A stretch of 64,000 nt of DNA from the human T2T-CHM13v2.0 reference genome, Homo sapiens. Under the pieces are notes generated by a model. It did not search any database, was not told the DNA's origin, and saw only the letters and a program-made list of their open reading frames with translations. How positions within the stretch are numbered: position 1 is the stretch's first letter; every line of letters begins with the position of its first letter. The stretch lies in NCBI RefSeq assembly GCF_009914755.1, contig NC_060933.1; one strand, written 5' to 3'. This document shows, in pieces, positions 54,989-64,000 of the stretch. Made by a program: the position numbers and the translations under genes.

Positions 54989-57052
54989 TTGAAAATACAT
55001 GAAAAAATGGCACACTTGAATGAACTAAAGCAGACTGTAATTTTTTTAAGGCTGCTGGCAAGGGTTTTCTATCCAAAACCTTTACCTGTACCTTCCCTTG
55101 CAGCTTGGAAAGTTTATTTAGGGCAGAGGGTTTGAAAAACATTTCAAGGAATGGGTCTTTGAGAGCAAAAGTCACTACAAGGTTGGGTGCTCTGGACATG
55201 AACTGATCCAATAAATGTTTCCGGTCCATGAAGTAAACAGACTGACTCTTGACAACTATTAGTCAGTGCTTCTTCCTTCTTATGTTCAAGCAGCATTGAT
55301 TTCCTTGTCTTTCTGACATAGCCTTGTTCTTAATACTCAGTCTCAAGACAAACAAGAGAAACAGTTTGGGAGCAGCCAGCCATGTTTGAGTCAATTTCTT
55401 ATAGTTCTTTCATACTGAGAATAGGAACTCTGGGTCAAAGCTATTGAGGGCCACAAGAAATAATGAAATGATGTCCTGAAAGTTAATTATTTGACTTCCA
55501 TGAGACGATTTAGTGCAATGAGAGAAGTACTTATGAAATAGCAGTCCAATAGCATGCAAGAGTCAAAGGGCTTCCAGGGATATGGAAAATTCATAAAGAT
55601 CGAGTCCTGGGCTCAATGCTCCAAGCTATGGACAAAATGGATTTCCTAGCTCAAAGCTGAATGATGTGTCTTGAAAAAGCTGGCCTTCTTTAGAGATGCA
55701 TGACAAAAATCTTAGAAACTTGAAACTGTAATTTGTAAGAGGTTCTCCAGAGTGGTATACAGAGAGTTAGAGGTTTCTGCAAGAGATGAGACTAGAAAGA
55801 GCAGAAAAGGTTAATAGAGCAGTATCAGCAGGATCAGAACACTGCTGAATCATAGTGTGTATTGGTACAATAAAGAATAAGAACTTAGATACTTAGACAC
55901 TAACCTTGAACGTATGAATGATGGAATAGCTGATTGGGAGTTTAATTGAAATTCTGATGCTGAATAATATCTTCAACCTTTTCTGACACTGTTGCTTAAA
56001 TGAGTGGGTAGACACTCCCTGTTCAGCACACCCCACCTATTTCTGCCTGGATGCTGAAGGTGCTGCTTCCAGACACCATTCAGCAGACACACATGTATGT
56101 GCACACACACAAACACACATACACGGTTGTCATGACAACTGAGGCATGGACATTGAGGCCATGTCTGAATGGAGCCAGTCATTCAGACACCTTGGTAAAG
56201 GTGTTCTGTTTTGGGGGTGAGGGAACTTGTTTGTCTACCCAGCAGTAGCAAAAACCCATCTTTCTACCCTGCAGACAGTGGTCCTTCCTAACTAAGTGCT
56301 CAATCCTGGGATCTCGGGATACTAAAACAAGGCATCATTATTTCTCAAAAGAGCTCTCTGGATGAGATTTACCCAACTTTTATAGGGTCTAACCCACAAG
56401 GGGTCACAGTAAAAATAACTGCCAAGCCAGTCTCACTCAGTGCATTGGTTCCAGGGAAACATTTTTTGACCTCTTGGGGACCACTTATGTTAACCCACCA
56501 CTTGTTGTTTTCATTTGCAAACATTCTGAAGGTCAATTTGAATTTGATTGTTTTAGGATCTAATAATTCACTTAGTGACATATCTAAATTAAAGCCCAAA
56601 TCATCAGAAAGAATAAGATACACCCAACAAAGATGCCTAATTTACAATCATGAAGAAACAGTTCAGTTCATGTCAAGAGATTTATCGAATGCCTTAGACA
56701 CAAGGAAAATTATCATCAATAATAAGCATTTTCTAAGCAATTACTTTGGGTGGACACATAGGCTCAGAGAGATATAAGGCTCAGGGAAGTCTATGAATAC
56801 CAGCCACATTGCAAAGCCACACAAGGCATACACCAACTAGTTAGAAAAGTGGGTGATTAGAAAAGCTTTGGGCAAAGTTTCTAGGGGTAAGTAAGACTTA
56901 AGCTGAGCCTCATGGAATGCAAAGTGCTTCTGCATTTTAGAAGTAAAGGGAGAAATATTACAGGTGAAAAAAAAACTGCATGGTATGGGACCGTTTGAGT
57001 ATTACCTTGTTTGGCAGGAGATGTCCTGCAGAAGAGCAATGGGAAATAAGGC

Positions 57053-57755
57053 TGTGTAGTAAACAATTAACCTTACCCAAAAAGAAGTCTGGCTTTTACC
57101 CTAAGGTACTGGGAGTTGGTTCCTAGGCCCCTAGAATGCCCTGCCTGAGTCTTTGTTGCTGGGGAGCTTTGGCTACTAACAGCCTACCAATGTGATTTGT
57201 GATTGTGGCCTTAGGGCCACGCAGTGTCATTTATGACCTCTGGAGGAACAACTAAAGATATTAGCTTGATCTCCAGTCTCCAGAAGTGGCTGGAAACTCA
57301 AGGTCAGCCACTCAGGCAGGATGTGATCAGGCCCCAGTAAATCTCTGAACACCAAAGGCTGAGGTGATCTTTCATGGTTGACAACACTTTGTGTGTCTCG
57401 TTGCACATGGTGACCAGGAGGAAGCAGTGTTGTCCATGACCCGATAGGGAGAAAATGACTGGCAGCTGGCACTAGACCCCGCCTGGATTCTGCCCCATGT
57501 GTCTCCTCTCTAAGCTGAATTTAATTTGTATCCTTTTACTGTAATAAAACTACAATAAGAAGTATAGCACTTCCTTGAGTTCTGTGAGTCATTCTAGTAA
57601 ATTATTGAACTTGAGGGTGGTTGTGGGAGTCCCCAGATTTGTAGCCAGCTGGTCTGAAATAAGGATGAGCCTGCGCATTACCAAATTTGCAGCTCATGTC
57701 AGAAGTGAGGGAAGTCATGTGAGGACTGTGCCCCCAAACTGTAGAGTTGTCTTAA
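57053..57755 (+). mobile_element. MER21/MER77-type ERVL LTR
   Basis: tttactgtaataaaac...gagttctgtgagtcattctagtaaattattgaacttgagggtggttgtggg. Confidence 0.75.
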
Positions 57756-57979
57756 CTCATCGCAAAGGCTGAAGAAGTTAGTCATGTGGGGCATTGAATG
57801 TAAGCCTGGAGAGTCTGGATATGATGCCATAGGCAGTTATATTCTTGAGCAAGAGAACAAGACAAGCTTCATCTCATAATAGTGTAAGAGACAGGATGCT
57901 TAGAGGACTGTGTTTTGTCCAGATGTGGGAAGATGAAGATCTGAACCAGCCCTGAGGCAGAAAAGGAAAAGCTGTGTGA

Positions 57980-58200
57980 ATAATAACACTGACTGAGCAT
58001 ATGCTATGCCAGGCATCCTAAGCGCTCCATGTGCTTTTAATCCTCAAAACAATCTTATATGGCAGGCGACATTCTCCTCTCCATTTTACAGACCAAAAAA
58101 CTGAAGCCCAGAGAGACTAACTAATTTGCCCAAAATCATCCAGCAGGAAGTGGCACAGCTGAGATTTGAACCCAGCTGGAATCAGACTCATAACCATTAT
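57980..58200 (-). mobile_element. MIR
   Basis: ccattttacagaccaaaaaactgaagcccagagagactaactaatttgccca. Confidence 0.7.
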
Positions 58201-58549
58201 CTCACATAAGCGCTACCACATGGAAGACACCGTGGTAAAAGAATCAACAGGATTTGCTGACTGGCCGTCTGGATACAAGATGAAAAAGCCAGGAAGAGGA
58301 CAGGACAACTCTAGGGTTTTCCATATTGATAAATAGAAATTGCAGATGTTCCTATAGCCCAAATTGCCTATTTCACCTTGAGCAAAAAGGACATGAGCTA
58401 AGGAGATCTAAGTCATGGGCGGTTCAAATTTGCCAACTAACAAAGGGAACCTAGCTAAGTCTTTTAACTTTCCTGGGCCTAAGGTTCCTCTTCAGTTGGA
58501 GTAAATCTCTAAATTCCCTACTGACCACAAGAAGCAAAGTAGTAAGTGA

Positions 58550-58790
58550 TCAGTAGCATGTGCTCTTAAATCAGACAGGTCTAAGACCTGACTCTGCATT
58601 TATAAGCTACGTGACCTTGGACAAGTAACTGAGTCTTGGCATTCCCATCTGGGAAATGGGGATTATAATAATATCTGGGTTATAGAAATGTTGTGAAGAT
58701 ATATACCATAATCAAATAATCTATGTCAAGCCCTTAGCACAATGCCTGACATATGACTAAGTATTTGATACATGACGGTTTTATTGTTAG
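58550..58790 (+). mobile_element. MIR
   Basis: agctacgtgaccttggacaagtaac...catctgggaaatggggattataata...cttagcacaatgcctgacata. Confidence 0.7.
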
Positions 58791-60496
58791 TTTTCATGCA
58801 ATGAGATATCATAGAACTTAGCCCCAAAACCACCATTCCAGATAATTCCACTGGCCAAACTCAGAGGTGAATAATTAATTTTTTAATCATTATTAATAAA
58901 GACATGAGAAAACCTTACCATGTTTTAACTACCCTTGATGCAAGTATACAGTTATGTTATTCTACTGTGTGAGTCATTATTGTCCAGTGCTGTGATGATA
59001 CACACCATAAGCATAAAAGTTCACACGATGCATGATAAAATTGTTCAACAATAAAACAGACAACATTAAAGGACGAAGATTCAGCATCACTTCAGATTTC
59101 GACCAAAACACAAGTTAATCAGCACATCCCTAAAGTATAACAAAGCAGAAAGTTAGTTACAATCAAGTCCTAAATGCCTAAGTACTTAATATATTTTTCA
59201 TCAACTCCAAGCAAAATTTACTTCAAATTTAGCCAAAAGATTATTTCAATTTTCTTTTTTTTTTTTTTTTCCTTCAGCGGTGGCCATCAGAGATAGTGTT
59301 ATGACCCTCACCTACATTTCTGTATAATGAGCTTACCTTTGGAGAATAAAGGGAAATCCTTTAAATCTGAGGGTTATTGAAAATCAAAATCCCTGCTTAC
59401 TATGTAGTTAGTGCCCTGTATTTACCCATTAATTGTTAGATATATTAAAAGTTATTATCTTTGCTGGAGCAGGTTTGGGTCTAAACACCCATTCAATGGT
59501 TCTGAATTAGAGGCAAGGGGAAGAAAAGCCCAGAGATAATAGTAAAATTCAAAGTAAATGTGGTTTAATTACATTGTCATGTATGATAGCAACTTTAATT
59601 TCATGATGCAGTGTTTTATGGTAATGAAAAGAAACACAAGGAATTGTAGGAACACAATAGTTTCATCAACATTAACCTCATAATGCAGTATTTTTCAGTA
59701 ATGAATGGAAAGAAAAGGAACTGTGTGGGTTGCAGTGACTCACCGCAGCAACCTTCATGAGCAGCAGGTGGAGTAATGAAGGTGATGGGAGAACCATCGT
59801 CTCCTCTTCAACATGGCTATTGGTCTCAGTCCTTCTATGTGTTACTAGACTGCACCCTGAAGGTAGAGATCCATCTATCACATTCAGCCTTCTGCCCTTT
59901 AGAGCTCCAGTGCTAACACAGTGCCTGGCACATACAGGTTTCTCAATTACTGTGCATTGAAAAAATGAATCTTAAATACTTTCTAAATCTATTTTCAGTT
60001 TGCCTGATGGCTAACAAAACATTTCATTGTTCCCTTCTCAATTTATACAATTAAAAATGAAATTACAGTCGGTAATGATTATTGATATTATAATTTTATC
60101 TAAATATTTGTTCTGTGTGTCTTTCAAAATTCACCGCCTTTCCTCACTGGCCATGAGGAAAGGAAAATACCTATGTCAGTAAAAGGTTGGAGATCATTGA
60201 GCTAAGTGCCGGAAAGTCTGACCACAAAAGTAAAAATATAAAACCAGTTTGTTTCCCTTATTATTGAAAAGGATGGCTCTCAAATCAAAGCAGTAGACAT
60301 TTCCTCGGGGACAACAATGAGAAAAGCCATAGGCACAATTGAGACTACTAAGAAGATTTGCTTTCTAGGAGCTTACAACTTAAGAAAGTTCGAATGTTTA
60401 CATAAATGGTTACTTTCCATTAATTCCAAGCTTTGTCTCCACTAAAAATTAATATTATTCCATGTCTAAAATACCCACCCATACATCAATAGTCAC

Positions 60497-60636
60497 AAGC
60501 ATTTCCCATCGTCTCCATGTTGTAGACATCATAATGGTCTATAATTTTTCCCAAAGGTGGTATAGAGCTTGTCCAGGAAGTCCACTACCTGATACAGTGT
60601 GCTGATGTAGAAAGTCGAGGGAAGCCTACTATGTCA
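60497..60636 (-). pseudogene. GC pseudo-exon B (140 nt): (S)DIVGFPRLST/STLYQVVDFLDKLYTTFGK/IIDHYDVYNMETMGNA(Y)
   Basis: Matches SDIVGFT...QVV..LN.LY..FD.IID.YDVYKVETIGDAY; acceptor ttctacctccctgctccattccAG, donor T|GTGACT; one deletion and one insertion frameshift. Confidence 0.95.
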
Positions 60637-61115
60637 CTGGAATGGAGCAGGGAGGTAGAAAAAAAGTAAAATCAGGCAAAATAATTGGCAAGACCTAATT
60701 AAGCAATGGTACTTCCTTGTTTGGCACAATTTTTTAAAGCTCTCAGAAATCTGAGCCAGGGAGACCAGAAAGTCATGAGTCAGTCAATGGGTTTAGAAAA
60801 TATCCTTAGTTGTTTGTAACTTGTTTGGTTGGGATTTTGTTTGGGTTTGCTTTTGGTGTTTGGGTGTTGGTTTTGTTTGGGTTTTGCTTAGCTTCATTTT
60901 AGACAGTGCTGGCGTATTCCAAGCTAGGGAAGCTGGGTGCATGAGAGCTCTATCCGCTAACATCTGGACTCCCTCTGTTTCTGTTGATCAAGTGAGTGGG
61001 TTTATATAACAAGAGATTTACATGGATTGAGACAGCTGTGCAAACTCATTTAAAGAAGTCCCAGGTCGAGGTTAATTTGCTTCCCAGTTATCCTGATTCC
61101 TACCTACATTCTAGT

Positions 61116-61389
61116 TTTGTTTGTTTGTTTTTGTTTGTTTTGTTTTTTTGAGACAGTATCTCTCTCTGTCATCCCGGCTACAGTGCAGTGGCTCAACTGT
61201 AGCTCACCGTGACCTTGAACTCCTGGGCTCAAGTGATCTTCCCACCTCAGCCTCTTGAGTAGATAGGACTACAGGCACTTGCCACCCTTGGCCATCTAAT
61301 GTTTTGTATTTTTTGTAGAGACAGGTTCTCTCTGTTTCTCTGGCTGGTATTAAACTCCTAGTTTCAAGTGATCCTCCCACCACAGCCTT
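61116..61389 (-). mobile_element. AluJ (5' end missing)
   Basis: Reverse Alu with (GTTT)n tail. Confidence 0.85.
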
Positions 61390-62169
61390 CTAGATCTTTT
61401 ATTTTTTGGTTGTTAGTGATGCTTTCATATCTTCAGATAGATTTCTCTGAGGTTATACTAGCCTCTGCTGGAGAGAGGTCTTTTGTCTTTTTCCTCCCAG
61501 GAAGGAGTCTCTATCAGTGACATGGCATGGCTTTAAACTCTAAAGAGCCGGTCTTTAAGCTCTATGCCTCAGTTTATCCATCTGTAAAACATGGACGCTC
61601 TCTTGACCCCCAGTTAGAATCTGACTGCTTTGAGTAACTGCTGTAAACTGCAAATCATTTGCAAGGCTTCCACCTCACAGCTTACAACTTCAATTTATGG
61701 GTTTTTCTCAGAAATTTCTAAACTTTCCCCCAGGCAAGGCAACCCTGGTTCTGCCTCATCACAGATGGGGTCATTGTATGTTTTGTTATGGCAGGGAAGA
61801 ACTATATGGCTTATTTACTTCAGATTAAAAAAAAAATTCCCTGAAATGAAGTATAAGCATTCTAAAGCAATTTCCTGCTGTTTTTGCTAAGCTGCATGCC
61901 TTTTAGCTCTAAGAAATTGATTTAAGTTAAAAAAAAAATAAGGTGGTGGGGTGGAGGGACTTAACCAAATCACACCAACGTATTTTATTAACAACATGCC
62001 TAAGTGGTAAGCTTGCTGCCACTTGATTCAAATGCCTGCAGTTTCTTCTTTTGCAGATATTATTTACTCTCCACCTGCTGCCAGTCACGCACAAATTGTA
62101 TAACACTGTAGACTGCTCCAACTCTCTGCCTTTTAAGCTGAAATCCCAATGCCAGTCATGTTAATTTAC

Positions 62170-62255
62170 CTGAAAAGATGGACACACTCAGGTATCTCTG
62201 AGCCAGGCAGGTTGGCCTTGTCTTAGGTCATCAACAACTTGTTTCAGTAGCGTGC
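62170..62255 (-). pseudogene. GC pseudo-exon A (86 nt): (S)TLLKQVVDDLRQGQPA/AQRYLSVSIF/(S)
   Basis: Matches the helical-domain/cyclase start MLP..VA..L..G....A..Y..VTIFFS; donor CAG|GTAAAT; weak acceptor; two inferred 1-nt deletions. Confidence 0.88.
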
Positions 62256-64000
62256 CTATTTTTAGGTATGAATCCGAACAGTTAATTACCCTTAAGGAAA
62301 AGGACACACGGGGGCCCACTGTCATGCCTGCAGCATCATTTTTTACATTGGCACTCTCGATTGTTCTGTCCTCCATACACAGTAAGTAGGGTATGGTTTG
62401 CATGCTGTTTGCTGGGCCACAGTGGATTTGTACCAAGTCAAGTGTATTCCCTAACCCAGTCTTCCCCGGGGCCACTGTTGAGATGGGGTCAGGGGTGCTG
62501 CTAGGAGTGGAGAGAGAGGAGAGTCAATTGGAGGAATGGAAGCTCTGCCTGCAACCTCATTAGGATCAACCTTTACTCATCTAGCACTTTGGTCATTGAG
62601 ATTGACGCCTCCCCTAACTTAAAATACTTATTATGGGAACCAGGACCTCAGGGTGCGTTAAGCAGGCCCAGCTTCCACCCTGCAGTGATTTGCAATTTCC
62701 TTGTTGGGAGCGGTGGCAGCATTGTTAGTTCAGAGAGCTGGGCTTTGCCCTTTTGGGAGGTTGTGGGGCTTTTTGCTCCCAAGAGGTGGCTATTACCTTC
62801 CTCATGGGCAGTTTTTTTCTAAACAGGAAGCGGTGGATGAACAATTTTACCATGTCCTCCTCTAGTCTTGGGGATTAAAAATCTTAAGTTATTTGAATCG
62901 TTAGGCTGTCGGAAGAAAAAAATCAACTAAGATCGCCATTCTGTCTACAGGGTGAAAACAAACAGAGTGATTTACTGGGCACATTTAGCACTCATTTCCC
63001 TTGCAGGAAGCTTGGGATCCCCTGGAGGGATAAAGGATGAATATTTATTGGAGCCTAATAATGGTGGAAAAACCTGATTTTGTATTTTTTTTTCTGTGAA
63101 AGAAATAGGGTGATTTTATATATTTCCCTTAGGAATTTCTGTCTCAATAGCGTTTTTGCTATACGTATTCATAATCTACCCTGGTAATATTGTCTGCTAA
63201 ATACTTATAAATGCAGCATGATCTGGCTATATTGCTTCATCATTAATTGAGGAATATAAAATGCAGTCAGGCCTCCAATCAGTGTTTACAGAGCACCTAC
63301 CATGTCCCAAGCACTGGACTAGGCACTGAGGGATGTAAAAATGAACAAAATTTAGTTATGCCACACAAGAATTATATAATCCTGCTAGATAAACAGAAAT
63401 GTGTACAGTTAATCACATACGTATACTACTTGAATATAAAAGTCAGGCTTGCCATGGCCAGGAGAAGGTTTAAAGGGTTACACAGGAAGTATTGACATGT
63501 TTCTACCCAAAGGGGGGATATCTTTTATTTCATATAGATTTAGAAAGTTATTCATCTCACCAAAAGGAAGAGATTAACTCATCCAGTCTACAGAATAGGA
63601 CTGGCAAAGACCCCAAAGGCTTATGAAAATGAATAACTTGGATTAGCTTGGTTCTTCATTTTTGAGCTGCCTTTGAGAATATGGATGAAAACACGGGTCC
63701 TCTCCTGGAAAAATGCACATATATACCCAGTCTTGCATGTAATTTCAGGGATACATGGGCCACTTGAAACTTCAACATGGACTGTCTAGAGCACCACCAA
63801 ATTAGATAAGCAGACAAAAGAGCCAACAATGACATTCTAGTAAACATCAATATTTAGAAGTAAAAAGGCATTTAGAGGAAGTCAAACAGAGAAGAGCCAT
63901 TGAAAGAAACTATGGCATTGTCAGAATTGAGTTGCACTGTGGGGGCTATTCATCCAGGGCAGCTCTCTGGGTCATCAGGCATCACCAGTTGGTAAAATAT

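Noticed and set aside
54822-55229. 135-aa minus-strand ORF as a functional small gene
   Set aside because: Only 54836-54988 has cyclase similarity; the rest is intron read-through with no promoter evidence.
60820-60887. G/T-rich tract as a G-quadruplex
   Set aside because: Four GGG runs but with long loops; better described as low-complexity sequence.
62625-62680. Minus-strand HPEVLV as the next upstream cyclase exon (HLEVLV-like)
   Set aside because: Flanking codons do not fit MEKY..ERT and no compatible splice sites are evident.
62819-62831. FOX:ETS endothelial motif TAAACAGGAAG (also GTCAACAGGAA at 46318)
   Set aside because: A few such 8-9-mers are expected by chance in 64 kb; no conservation data available.

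Overview
Primate (very probably human 9p21.1) genomic DNA. The left end holds the CpG-island gene TMEM215 (+ strand, non-coding exon 1, 235-aa CDS at 2385-3092, long 3' UTR). The rest looks like repeat-filled intergenic DNA: Alus, MIR/L2, a THE1 provirus, a full-length ancient L1MC-type element, many solo LTRs, a Y1 RNA retrocopy and a 26-bp VNTR. Hidden on the minus strand are six spliceable, phase-compatible exons (62170-62255, 60497-60636, 54836-54988, 42637-43255, 37369-37460, 35318-35479). Together they spell the complete catalytic domain and C-terminus of a guanylyl cyclase. They carry frameshifts, nonsense codons, two destroyed acceptors and an LTR inside one exon. Their intron layout differs from NPR1/NPR2/GUCY2-type genes as I recall them. 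This looks like the unprocessed, probably unitary, pseudogene of an orphan guanylyl cyclase lost in this lineage, lying tail-to-tail with TMEM215; its 5' part should lie beyond the right edge. I cannot check whether it is already annotated. Repeat subfamily names come from recalled consensus sequences, not from a search.
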